From the NCBI GenBank assembly GCA_032718475.1, contig JAUCBJ010006869.1, forward strand, positions 1 through 64,000: a stretch of DNA of 64,000 nucleotides, read 5' to 3'. Positions 39,901 through 51,895 of this stretch are shown here, one piece after another. The notes beneath the pieces were generated by a model. The model was not told where the DNA came from and made no database searches. It was given only the letters and a program-made list of their open reading frames with translations. This DNA is from Nemertoderma westbladi (lineage: Eukaryota > Animalia > Xenacoelomorpha). The position numbers were made by a program, and so were the translations under genes. The stretch's first letter is position 1. The number at the start of each line of letters is the position of its first letter.

Positions 39901-42900
39901 CCCATTCTAGGTTTGCCATTTATCCCGTTCTAGGTTTGTCATTTATTCTGTTCTTGGTTTGCCATTCATCCCATTCTAGGTTTGCCATTTATCCCGTTCT
40001 AGGTTTGCCATTTATCCTGTTCTTGGTTTGCCATTCATCCCATTCTAGGTTTGCCATTTATCCCGTTCTAGGTTTGTCATTTATTCTGTTCTTGGTTTGC
40101 CATTCATCCTATTCTAGGTTTGCCATTTATCCCGTTCTAGGTTTGCCATTTATCCTGTTCTTGGTTTGCCATTCATCCCATTCTATGTTTGCCATTTATC
40201 CCGTTCTAGGTTTGTCATTTATTCTGTTCTTGGTTTGCCATTTATCCTGTTCTTGGTTTGCCATTCATCCCATTCTATGTTTGCCATTTATCCCGTTCTA
40301 GGTTTGCCATTTATCCCGTTCTAGGTTTGTCATTTATTCTGTTCTTGGTTTGCCATTCATCCCATTCTATGTTTGCCATTTATCCCATTCTAGGTTTGCC
40401 ATTTATCCCGTTCTAGGTTTGTCATTTATTCTGTTCTTGGTTTGCCATTCATCCCATTCTAGGTTTGCCATTTATCCCATTCTAGGTTTGCCATTTATCC
40501 CGTTCTAGGTTTGTCATTTATTCTGTTCTTGGTTTGCCATTCATCCCATTCTAGGTTTGCCATTTATCCCGTTCTAGGTTTGTCATTTATTCTGTTCTTG
40601 GTTTGCCATTCATCCCATTCTAGGTTAGCCATTTATCCCGTTCTATGTTTGCCATTTATCCCGTTCTAGGTTTGTCATTTATTCTGTTCTTGGTTTGCCA
40701 TTTATCCCGTTCTTGGTTTGCCATTCATCCCATTCTATGTTTGCCATTTATCCCGATGTTGGTTTCCCATTTATCCCATTCTAGGTTTGCCATTTATCCT
40801 GTTCTTGGTTTGCCATTCATCCCGTTCTAGGTTTGTCATTTATTCTGTTCTTGGTTTGTCATTTATTCTGTTCTTGGTTTGCCATTCATCCCATTCTAGG
40901 TTTGCCATTTATCCCATTCTAGGTTTGCCATTTATCCCGTTCTAGGTTTGTCATTTATTCTGTTCTTGGTTTGCCATTCATCCCATTCTAGGTTTGCCAT
41001 TTATCCCGTTCTAGGTTTGTCATTTATTCTGTTCTTGGTTTGCCATTCATCCCATTCTAGGTTTGCCATTTATCCCGTTCTAGGTTTGTCATTTATTCTG
41101 TTCTTGGTTTGCCATTCATCCCGTTCTAGGTTTGTCATTTATTCTGTTCTTGGTTTGTCATTTATTCTGTTCTTGGTTTGCCATTCATCCCATTCTAGGT
41201 TTGCCATTTATCCCATTCTAGGTTTGCCATTTATCCCGTTCTAGGTTTGTCATTTATTCTGTTCTTGGTTTGCCATTCATCCCATTCTAGGTTTGCCATT
41301 TATCCCGTTCTAGGTTTGTCATTTATTCTGTTCTTGGTTTGCCATTCATCCCATTCTAGGTTTGCCATTTATTCTGTTCTTGGTTTGCCATTCATCCCAT
41401 TCTAGGTTTGCCATTTATCCCATTCTAGGTTTGCCATTTATCCCGTTCTAGGTTTGTCATTTATTCTGTTCTTGGTTTGCCATTCATCCCATTCTAGGTT
41501 TGCCATTTATCCCGTTCTAGGTTTGTCATTTATTCTGTTCTTGGTTTGCCATTCATCCCGTTCTAGGTTTGTTATTTATTCTGTTCTTGGTTTGTCATTT
41601 ATTCTGTTCTTGGTTTGCCATTCATCCCATTCTAGGTTTGCCATTTATCCCATTCTAGGTTTGCCATTTATCCCGTTCTAGGTTTGTCATTTATTCTGTT
41701 CTTGGTTTGCCATTCATCCCATTCTAGGTTTGCCATTTATCCCGTTCTAGGTTTGTCATTTATTCTGTTCTTGGTTTGCCATTCATCCCATTCTAGGTTT
41801 GCCATTTATTCTGTTCTTGGTTTGCCATTCATCCCATTCTAGGTTTGCCATTTATCCCATTCTAGGTTTGCCATTTATCCCGTTCTAGGTTTGTCATTTA
41901 TTCTGTTCTTGGTTTGCCATTCATCCCATTCTAGGTTTGCCATTTATCCCGTTCTAAGTTTGTCATTTATTCTGTTCTTGGTTTGCCATTCATCCCATTC
42001 TAGGTTTGCCATTTATCCCATTCTAGGTTTGCCATTTATCCCGTTCTAGGTTTGTCATTTATTCTGTTCTTGGTTTGCCATTCATCCCATTCTAGGTTTG
42101 CCATTTATCCCGTTCTAGGTTTGTCATTTATTCTGTTCTTGGTTTGCCATTCATCCCATTCTAGGTTTGCCATTTATCCCGTTCTAGGTTTGCCATTTAT
42201 CCTGTTCTTGGTTTGCCATTCATCCCATTCTATGTTTGCCATTTATCCCGTTCTAGGTTTGTCATTTATCCCGATGTTGGTTTGCCATTCATCCCATTCT
42301 AGGTTTGCCATTTATCCCGTTCTAGGTTTGTCATTTATTCTGTTCTTGGTTTGCCATTCATCCCATTCTATGTTTGCCATTTATCCCGTTCTAGGTTTGT
42401 CATTTATTCTGTTCTTGGTTTGCCATTCATCCCATTCTATGTTTGCCATTTATCCCGTTCTAGGTTTGTCATTTATTCTGTTCTTGGTTTGCCATTCATC
42501 CCATTCTAGGTTTGCCATTTATCCCGTTCTAGGTTTGTCATTTATTCTGTTCTTGGTTTGCCATTTATCCTGTTCTTGGTTTGCCATTCATCCCATTCTA
42601 GGTTTGCCATTTATCCCGTTCTAGGTTTGTCATTTATCCCGATGTTGGTTTGCCATTCATCCCATTCTAGGTTTGCCATTTATCCCGTTCTAGGTTTGTC
42701 ATTTATTCTGTTCTTGGTTTGCCATTCATCCCATTCTAGGTTTGCCATTTATCCCGTTCTAGGTTTGTCATTTATTCTGTTCTTGATTTGCCATTTATCC
42801 TGTTCTTGGTTTGCCATTCATCCCATTCTATGTTTGCCATTTATCCCGTTCTAGGTTTGCCATTTATCCCGTTCTAGGTTTGTCATTTATTCTGTTCTTG

Positions 42901-45176
42901 GTTTGCCATTCATCCCATTCTATGTTTGCCATTTATCCCGTTCTAGGTTTGCCATTTATCCCGTTCTAGGTTTGTCATTTATCCCGATGTTGGTTTGCCA
43001 TTCATCCCATTCTAGGTTTGCCATTTATCCCGTTCTAGGTTTGTCATTTATTCTGTTCTTGGTTTGCCATTCATCCCTTTCTAGGTTTGCCATTTATCCC
43101 GTTCTAGGTTTGTCATTTATTCTGTTCTTGGTTTGCCATTTATCCTGTTCTTGGTTTGCCATTCATCCCATTCTATGTTTGCCATTTATCCCGTTCTAGG
43201 TTTGCCATTTATCCCGTTCTAGGTTTGTCATTTATTCTGTTCTTGGTTTGCCATTCATCCCATTCTATGTTTGCCATTTATCCCGTTCTAGGTTTGCCAT
43301 TTATCCCGTTCTAGGTTTGTCATTTATTCTGTTCTTGGTTTGCCATTCATCCCATTCTATGTTTGCCATTTATCCCGTTCTAGGTTTGTCATTTATTCTG
43401 TTCTTGGTTTGCCATTCATCCCATTCTATGTTTGCCATTTATCCCGTTCTAGGTTTGTCATTTATTCTGTTCTTGGTTTGCCATTCATCCTATTCTATGT
43501 TTGCCATTTATCCCGTTCTAGGTTTGTCATTTATTCTGTTCTTGGTTTGCCATTTATCCTGTTCTTGGTTTGCCATTCATCCCATTCTATGTTTGCCATT
43601 CATCCCATTCTATGTTTGCCATTCATCCCATTCTAGGTTTGCCATTTATCCTGTTCTTGGTTTGCCATTCATCCCATTCTATGTTTGCCATTTATCCCGT
43701 TCTAGGTTTGTCATTTATTCTGTTCTTGGTTTGCCATTCATCCCATTCTAGTTGCCATTTATCCCGTTCTAGGTTTGTCATTTATTCTGTTCTTGGTTTT
43801 GCCATTTATCCTGTTGTTGGTTTGCCATTCATCCCATTCTATGTTTGCCATTCATCCCATTCTATGTTTGCCATTTATCCCATTCTAGGTTTGCCATTTA
43901 TCCTGTTCTTGGTTTGCCATTCATCCCATTCTATGTTTGCCATTCATCCCGTTCTAGGTTTGTCATTTATTCTGTTCTTGGTTTGCCATTCATCCCATTC
44001 TATGTTTGCCATTTATCCCGTTCTAGGTTTGCCATTTATCCTGTTCTATGTTTACCATTTATCCCCTTCTAGGTTTTCCATTTATCCCGTTCTAGGTTTT
44101 CCATTTATCCCGTTCTAGGTTTGCCATTTATCCTGTTCTATGTTTACCATTTATCCCCTTCTAGGTTTTCCATTTATCCTGTTCTTGGTTTGACATTTAT
44201 CCCGGTCTAGGTTTGCCATTTATCCCGTTCTAGGTTTGTCATTTATTCTGTTCTTGGTTTGCCATTTATCCTGTTCTATGTTTACCATTTATCCCCGTCT
44301 AGGTTTGCCATTTATCCTGTTCTATGTTTACCATTTATCCCCGTCTAGGTTTTCCATTTATCCCGTTCTAGGTTAGCCATTTATCCCGTTCTAGGTTTTC
44401 CATTTATCCCGTTCTAGGTTTGTCATTTATTCTGTTCTTGGTTTTGCCATTTATCCTGTTCTTGGTTTGCCATTCATCCCATTCTATGTTTGCCATTCAT
44501 CCCATTCTATGTTTGCCATTCATCCCATTCTAGGTTTGCCATTTATCCTGTTCTTGGTTTGCCATTCATCCCATTCTATGTTTGCCATTCATCCCGTTCT
44601 AGGTTTGTCATTTATTCTGTTCTTGGTTTGCCATTCATCCCATTCTATGTTTGCCATTCATCCCATTCTATGTTTGCCATTCATCCCATTCTAGGTTTGC
44701 CATTTATCCTGTTCTTGGTTTGCCATTCATCCCATTCTATGTTTGCCATTCATCCCGTTCTAGGTTTATCATTTATTCTGTTCTTGGTTTGCCATTCATC
44801 CCATTCTATGTTTGCCATTTATCCCGTTCTAGGTTTGCCATTTATCCTGTTCTATGTTTACCATTTATCCCCTTCTAGGTTTTCCATTTATCCCGTTCTA
44901 GGTTTTCCATTTATCCCGTTCTAGGTTTGCCATTTATCCTGTTCTATGTTTACCATTTATCCCCTTCTAGGTTTTCCATTTATCCTGTTCTTGGTTTGAC
45001 ATTTATCCCGGTCTAGGTTTGCCATTTATCCCGTTCTAGGTTTGTCATTTATTCTGTTCTTGGTTTGACATTTATCCCGGTCTAGGTTTGCCATTTATCC
45101 CGTTCTAGGTTTGCCATTTATCCTGTTCTATGTTTACCATTATCCCCGTCTAGGTTTGCCATTTATCCCGTTCTAG
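33940..45176 (+). other. AK2: AK2 phase-0 GT-AG intron, 11,237 nt
   Basis: Joining 33939 to 45177 gives ..RLAKKYQ|[12 protein letters not shown].., co-linear with AK2 family sequence (RLAENFCVCHLATGDMLRA in human). Confidence 0.88.
34064..34070 (+). promoter_or_regulatory. Consensus branch-point sequence TACTAAC
   Basis: Perfect match 124 nt after the donor, followed by a pyrimidine-rich stretch with no AG until 34216-34217. Confidence 0.55.
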
Positions 45177-45190
45177 GTTTGCCATCTATC
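34150..45190 (+). repeat. 23-bp tandem satellite, ~460-480 units, with 69/92-bp higher-order structure
   Basis: Units GTTTGCCATTTATCCCGTTCTAG, GTTTGTCATTTATTCTGTTCTTG and GTTTGCCATTCATCCCATTCTAG; degenerate at ~34150-34570; the last partial unit is the start of exon 2. Confidence 0.98.
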
Positions 45191-45764
45191 TACCGGCGAC
45201 ATGCTGCGAGCCGAGGCCCAATCCGGCTCCGAACTCGGACTCAAACTCAAAGCGGTTATGGACTCGGGTAAACTGGCCAGCGACGACCTGGTCCTCAGCC
45301 TCATAGACGACCATCTGAACCGACGAGAGTGCCGTAAAGGATTCCTATTGGACGGATTTCCGCGCACCATTCGCCAAGCCGAGGGCCTCGACTCACTCCT
45401 CGAGAAGCGATCGACTCCGTTAGACGCGGTAGTTGAGTTCGATATCGACCCGGAACTGTTACTCCGACGTATTACGGGTCGCCTCTTCCATCTACCCAGC
45501 GGTCGCACCTACCACGAGGAATTCTGCCCTCCCAACCGGCCTATGATTGATGACGTCACGGGGGAGCCGTTGACCAGACGTTCTGACGACAACGCCACCG
45601 CTTTACGGAAGAGACTCGCTACGTACCACGAACTGACTACCCCATTAGTCGGTTACTACAAGGATCGGGGTTTATTAAAGGTTATAGACGCGGCTAGGAA
45701 ACCCAATCAAATGTATAAAACTGTTAGCGGTATATTCGATACAGCAGTGGGCCGGGTCGGTTGA
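45177..45764 (+). CDS. AK2: Adenylate kinase 2, exon 2 (spliced protein 246 aa)
   Basis: [49 protein letters not shown]; preceded by CCCGTTCTAG. Confidence 0.95.
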   Translation, partial: VCHLSTGDMLRAEAQSGSELGLKLKAVMDSGKLASDDLVLSLIDDHLNRRECRKGFLLDGFPRTIRQAEGLDSLLEKRSTPLDAVVEFDIDPELLLRRITGRLFHLPSGRTYHEEFCPPNRPMIDDVTGEPLTRRSDDNATALRKRLATYHELTTPLVGYYKDRGLLKVIDAARKPNQMYKTVSGIFDTAVGRVG

Positions 45765-47429
45765 TATACTAAATAAATGGATAATTACGATTTACTGATT
45801 GGTCATATAGACTTTTACTGATAGTTATTGTGTATCTAGGTAGCTGGTAGATGTTGATATTAATTCGCAGTTTGGTTACGGATTAAATTATGGTAGGAAT
45901 CTTAAAATCCGAAAGACTAATTTTTTATAAAATAATAATATTGTTTTAATAATTTAATAATGTTCAGGAGAAAATAAAACGAAACTATATAATCTTAAAA
46001 AACAATTATATACTAAAACTTTTATAATTTAATAAAATCTTTACTTTTTTCTTTACCTATTGGTCATATAGAGTTGGTTTTTGTGTTAAACATTCTAAAT
46101 ACATAATTATTTCAAAATTCCATTAAAACCACATGTAATATAAAAATGTAGTTACTAAACTAGCTCTAGGCTTTTTGACTGATCGATCGCTTATGAATAT
46201 TTTACTTTTGGATTTTAAGTTATCGGTAAGATTATTGTTAATTATTTGGCTTTTTGTTGTAACAAGAAACTACCCACATTAGGAGATAATAAATACATCC
46301 CACCGCGGGGCTGCGATAAACTTATGAGGCTTTCGGTTTTCCATTATCCACGCACTATGTCATCGGGTTTGTTAGGTCCCCGTAGCGACACCTATAGTAT
46401 TCTCTCGGTTGTTGTTGGTGTTGTTGTTAATTTCCAGTTGAGTTTTTGTTTTATAAGGCTTCAGTGACGAAGTTGGTAGAGCGCGAGACTTGGAATCTCT
46501 ATGTACCGAGTTAAATCCCACTTTCCGGTTAATTTTTTTTATAGTAAGATTGGTTAGTGAGGCAGTTGATGCGTTAGTAGACGCGGACCTCTGTGTTTAT
46601 CATTGGGCGGCCAAGTACAGTCGGTTTGAGCACTGTAGTAGCAGCATTCTGCGGTCCCCGCGGGGGGACATTTTCGCCTGTGATACCGGACTGAATATTT
46701 ACAAACCCCATAAAATCTTGACATTGACAATGCAATTCACCTCAAGCAAGGACCAATCAGAGAATAGCTAGTTGATTATCTGTAGTGATGAAGTAAAGTA
46801 AACAGAATAGAGTAAAGTTTTCATCTGTCACTAGGCCAGGGGTTACACATAAAGTCTGACGACTTAATTCCAGTGCCCCCCTCCCCCCTCAGAACTATAC
46901 TCCCCAAAGGAAACTCCAGTACTCATTTACCCACCACTTAAGGGTGCAAGGTAGAGGTGCGCCCTGGCTGCTGAGACCATATGTGGTGTTGGGAGGAATA
47001 CACCACTTCCAAAAACGCCAGGCGATATCGGCACATTTAAATAAATAAACTGTGGCTGAGCTGTGAATACAAATGTACTGAGTAGGTCGCGTTTCAGTCT
47101 ACCGTCCTCACACTTTCCCCAACTTACTTAGAAAGCATCGCATGGAGTTTGTAATTGGGAGGCGCGGGGGGGGGGGGGGGGGGGGGTTAGAAATCCCATA
47201 TCGGCGAATTAATAATATCACGTCTTGATGTTAAATTTATAATCATAATTTTGATAGGGTCGAAACTCACTCCCTATCTCTAGGAATTGGGATGAGCGAT
47301 GGTTCTGAGTGTTCGAAGATGCATAGATGATATCTATATTTAAATTATGTAAAAATAATCAAAATACTGTACGTCAAACAATGTAAAGGTATTGTCCAAC
47401 ATAAGATAGGGCATTTCCACAAAAAATGG

Positions 47430-47960
47430 GAGACGTCATGAAAAAAATTAAACTTTAAAAATGATTTGCGGGTATAAAGTAGGTAATTTTGCGATTATTT
47501 CGACCATCATCAAGACTTAGGTAAAACAAAAAAATACCAAAATTCAAGGCGAAATATTTTTTTACTGTTTATTCATATAGGCTATCCTTGGTATCATTGT
47601 AATCAGCCGTAAATGCACATTCCAAGGAGGTAGTTCTACGCCATAAACAGAACGCTTCTCGTACAATAAGCATTAAAATTAAAAGCTACCTGTATCCAAT
47701 TGTAACGTCAGATACTTTTTTTTACATTTTTTCTCAATTACTTTTCTATTGTATGGCAAACAATATATTATAAATTAAAAGACTCAATGCCGACGTAAGA
47801 TGGCGTCTTTTGTCCCATTTATGGCATTCCAGGCTACCATAAAGGCTGTGATTTAGGTGATTGAAGTTTAGTAACGTCCGACACATTGTAACGTCCGACA
47901 CTATTAATTATTACAACACTATTAATCTAAATTGCAGTGTATCGTGTAAAAGCATACCTA
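47430..47960 (+). repeat. Second copy of the 17760-18400 repeat
   Basis: Shared GGCTATCCTTGGTATCATTGTAATCAGCCGTAAATGCACATTCCAAGGAGG and downstream sequence. Confidence 0.8.
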
Positions 47961-48876
47961 TTCCAGAACTGTATTGTTTATATGCATTTAGGTCTACTAC
48001 TAAATACTAGGCCCTAAAACTTCAAGACTCTTTGTCCATATTATGATTTTCAATAATAAAATGATTAAATATATAAAAATAGTTTTAAATAATTCTCAAT
48101 TAATAACTCATTTATTCAACGCAATCTGATGTCAAAATTCCAGTATTTGCGTAGATTTAAAGAAAAACTTTCAAAAATTGAGAATGTCCGTAACGTCCGA
48201 CACCATATACAGTAGGATTCCCTAAAACTTTGCAGCTTATTTCCTTATTTTCTAAGGGGGGTGTGAAAATTTGGAAATAAAATGGAAATGGAAATAATAA
48301 ATGGGAATGAGTTGATTTGAAAACGAATAAAAACATAAAAAAATTAAACGAAAAAATATTAAAAAAAATAAATATGTCACGCCAATAATTTAATACAGCA
48401 ATATTAATTTACCCAATGCCATACAGTACAGTAGTTTTTTATTAATAAATTTTACAATTTTTCCATCACATAATCGGAACTAAGAAGATGGCAATCTCGT
48501 TTGAAAACTATGTTTTAAAGAAATTATTGGTCATATAATTCAAATATTCAAAGTCATTACTTGAGGAATCTTTAATCCCATTTGTTGCAGAACCTTGATT
48601 CTGTTGAAACTTTTTTTGGTGTTGTGACTTTTATTGTATTGGAATTAGAGTTCCTTCATGCTAATACTAAATATGACAATTTAACAAAAGTCGTATTTCC
48701 CGTGACCTCTCAAAAATGTGATTAGGAGGCTACTGTTACTTTGCAGCAGTGCTAACGAATTCCATAGAAACTGTTTTATTATTATCAATAATAATTATAA
48801 TAAATAATCAGGTTAATTTTCGCTAATCCTGTATAGCAACTTAATTGATTGATGCTGTACCTGTAGTTTTTTACTG

Positions 48877-51111
48877 ATGGCTCTAAAGTTACGCCCAATA
48901 ATATTATCATTTACTAAAGAGGTTATTCGCAAACGGCCGAAAAATATTCCAGAATTCGCTATACATTACTTCGAAAATTTATTAGCCGATGTTGGAGTGA
49001 CTGAAGAACGACCCAGACAAAGGCCATCATACGCCACTACAAAGACGATACGCCCACCCCAGGTACTCTTGAGTTTAATACTGGAATCTTTTACTACAGA
49101 AGTTTTTCGTAATCGACCAGATAATATTCCAGAATTTGCTTTAGATTATTTTGAAAATTTGTTGACCGAAGTCAACGCGGTAGAAGAACGATCCGGTATG
49201 CGGCAGCATGACGCCACGAAAACGGCATTGCGGCTGCTCGAATGTCGGCCGATCTTGCGGCGAATCCACACGCAACCACCACGATCGCGTAGAGTTGTTG
49301 ACGCAATATCAGAGGACAATCGCAATAAAGAAATCGCAGCTGCTATAAAGATTCAATCACTGGTTCGTGGGCATCTGACGCGATTGAGTTTGCAACGTTC
49401 TAGAAGATTCGTTGGTATGGGCAACAAAATGGATACTAGTGGCCCTCTTAGCAAAGAAACTGCAGCTGCTATAAAGATTCAATCATTGGTTCGTGGCCAC
49501 CTGACGCGATTGAGTTTGCAACGTTCTAGAAGATTCGTTGGTATGGGCAACAAAATGGATACTAGTGGCCCTCTTAGCAAAGAAACTGCAGCTGCTATAA
49601 AGATTCAATCATTGGTTCGTGGGCACCTGACGCGATTGAGTTTGCAACGTTCTAGAAGATTCGTTGGTATGGGCAACAAAATGGATACTAGTGGCCCTCT
49701 TAGCAAAGAAACTGCAGCTGCTATAAAGATTCAATCATTGGTTCGTGGCCACCTGACGCGATTGAGTTTGCAACGTTCTAGAAGATTCGTTGGTATGGGC
49801 AACAAAATGGATACTAGTGGCCCTCTTAGCAAAGAAACTGCAGCTGCTATAAAGATTCAATCATTGGTTCGTGGGCACCTGACGCGATTGAGTTTGCAAC
49901 GTTCTAGAAGATTCGTTGGTATGGGCAACAAAATGGATACTAGTGGCCCTCTTAGCAAAGAAACTGCAGCTGCTATAAAGATTCAATCATTGGTTCGTGG
50001 CCACCTGACGCGATTGAGTTTGCAACGTTCTAGAAGATTCGTTGGTATGGGCAACAAAATGGATACTAGTGGCCCTCTTAGCAAAGAAACTGCAGCTGCT
50101 ATAAAGATTCAATCATTGGTTCGTGGGCACCTGACGCGATTGAGTTTGCAACGTTCTAGAAGATTCGTTGGTATAGGCGACAAAATGGATACCAGTGGCC
50201 CTCTTAGCAAAGAAACTGCAGCTGCTATAAAGATTCAATCTTTGGTTCGTGGCCACCTGACGCGATTGAGTTTGCAACGTTCTAGAAGATTCGTTGGTAT
50301 GGGCAACAAAATGGATACTAGTGGCCCTCTTAGCAAAGAAACTGCAGCTGCTATAAAGATTCAATCTTTGGTTCGTGGGCACCAGACGCGATTGAGTTTG
50401 CAACGTTCTAGAAGATTCGTTGGTATGGGCGACAAAATGGATACCAGTGGCCCTCTTAGCAAAGAAACTGCAGCTGCTATAAAGATTCAATCATTGGTTC
50501 GTGGCCACCTGACGCGATTAAATGTACAATATTCTAGAAGATCCGTTGGCATGGGCGACAAAATGGATACCAAAGGCCTTGTAGAAATATCGCAAGTTGA
50601 ACAACAGGCAGCGACTCCTCTCCCATATTCAGAAGACTCAAAAAACATGTCTTTCCGAGAATGTAATATATTGCAAAGAAAAAGGAAATCTATGGGACTG
50701 TCAGAGTCGGCGGTTTATTTAACGTCTTTGCCGGATATTCCTGCAGAAGTTTACGAACGGGCGGCTTCTGTAATTCAGAACGAGGTTCGCACGTATTTGG
50801 CGCAAAAGTCCGGCTCTTCTCATCGCAAGATGATTCACAGCTATCACGCGGTACCGTACCAGTATAAACGGCACTCCGAATCGCATGCGACGTCTATCAT
50901 AGAGCGAGGAGGTCAGGGCCATTCGGTTGGCATGGGAGTCTCGCCATCACTTACGCAATGGGAGCGCGAGAGTGAGGCGGCAGTGCGGATACAGGGCAGT
51001 GTGAGAGGTTATCTTACCAGGAAGAACATCTTATCAATGAAACAGCAATTAAAAGGGGACCAGAGGAGAGTTTCTCTCGCTAAACTTAATAGTTGTCATA
51101 CTAAACAATAA
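48877..51111 (+). CDS. SPA17-like protein: two RIIa D/D-like domains + 10 tandem IQ repeats + 2 further IQ motifs, 744 aa
   Basis: FTKEVIRKRPKNIPEFAIHYFENL and FTTEVFRNRPDNIPEFALDYFENL; AAIKIQSLVRGHxTR x10; IQNEVRTYL and IQGSVRGYLTRK. Confidence 0.85.
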   Translation: MALKLRPIILSFTKEVIRKRPKNIPEFAIHYFENLLADVGVTEERPRQRPSYATTKTIRPPQVLLSLILESFTTEVFRNRPDNIPEFALDYFENLLTEVNAVEERSGMRQHDATKTALRLLECRPILRRIHTQPPRSRRVVDAISEDNRNKEIAAAIKIQSLVRGHLTRLSLQRSRRFVGMGNKMDTSGPLSKETAAAIKIQSLVRGHLTRLSLQRSRRFVGMGNKMDTSGPLSKETAAAIKIQSLVRGHLTRLSLQRSRRFVGMGNKMDTSGPLSKETAAAIKIQSLVRGHLTRLSLQRSRRFVGMGNKMDTSGPLSKETAAAIKIQSLVRGHLTRLSLQRSRRFVGMGNKMDTSGPLSKETAAAIKIQSLVRGHLTRLSLQRSRRFVGMGNKMDTSGPLSKETAAAIKIQSLVRGHLTRLSLQRSRRFVGIGDKMDTSGPLSKETAAAIKIQSLVRGHLTRLSLQRSRRFVGMGNKMDTSGPLSKETAAAIKIQSLVRGHQTRLSLQRSRRFVGMGDKMDTSGPLSKETAAAIKIQSLVRGHLTRLNVQYSRRSVGMGDKMDTKGLVEISQVEQQAATPLPYSEDSKNMSFRECNILQRKRKSMGLSESAVYLTSLPDIPAEVYERAASVIQNEVRTYLAQKSGSSHRKMIHSYHAVPYQYKRHSESHATSIIERGGQGHSVGMGVSPSLTQWERESEAAVRIQGSVRGYLTRKNILSMKQQLKGDQRRVSLAKLNSCHTKQ
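49327..50575 (+). repeat. 126-bp (42-aa) coding tandem repeat, 10 copies
   Basis: Unit starts at 49327, 49453 ... 50461; near-identical at the DNA level. Confidence 0.97.
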
Positions 51112-51895
51112 ATTAAAGGAGCTACAGTACTGAAGACTGTATAATGTCACAATTTTAGATTATGTTTTGGTATTTCGGTGGATATACAAGTTATTATACT
51201 GTAGGCCTACTGTAGTAATTTCAAGGTCCTACTTTATTTTTAATCAGAGCCACTATCGGAATGGTTAGAGCGCCATACTTCTATCGCAGATGACACCAGA
51301 TCGATCCCACCTGACATTCCTTCAATGCCACCTTTTATTTTAGATGAACTAAGTCTGACTGCAATATTTTAACAATATTATTGGAGTCTTAAAATAAATC
51401 TGGCGCGTATTTTTGAAGATGGGTAATGTAGCTTCTGTTTTTTATGGTTGCCAGTGATTTTAAAAGCGCCAAAAAGTAAAAGGATTCGCACGAAACAGTT
51501 TTCTTTATGTTTATGATAAATCTGCATCATTAATAAGAATCCCTCGTCGTCTTGAATTACAGGCGCGCAAAGTTTGAACTTTACACCCGGTTACCTTAGC
51601 AACTACAAGATGAAAATTCCAGAAAGACTTTTTATTACAATTCTATGAACCCTAGTCATAATATCCACCTAACAAAAGTAGCATAAAATAAGTTTCTAAG
51701 GAAATATTATAAAAAAAGTGCCATAAAAAGAAGCTGAAATTGAGCTGAATATTTATTTATTTGTACTTTCCCCCCGTTTCACTCTAACATACTTGAGGCC
51801 GGTAGGTCCGCTGTTAGAGATAGGATATGCAACTTAAGACTGCCCGTTCAATAGAAGTGGATTAGGTGGGATAGTGAATGTCAGGGACAAGTGGC

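Noticed and set aside
34473-44924. Dozens of hydrophobic ORFs (FILFLVCHSSHSRFAIYPV...)
   Set aside because: Translations of the 23-bp satellite, mostly with TTG starts; they lie inside the AK2 intron.
34570-45176. CRISPR array
   Set aside because: Head-to-tail units with no unique spacers, no cas genes, eukaryotic context.
45201-45764. Stand-alone 187-aa adenylate kinase lacking a P-loop
   Set aside because: The P-loop is in exon 1 at 33787-33939; ATG 45201 is internal.
51249-51315. Second tRNA-like or SINE head
   Set aside because: A and B boxes too degenerate to support a call.
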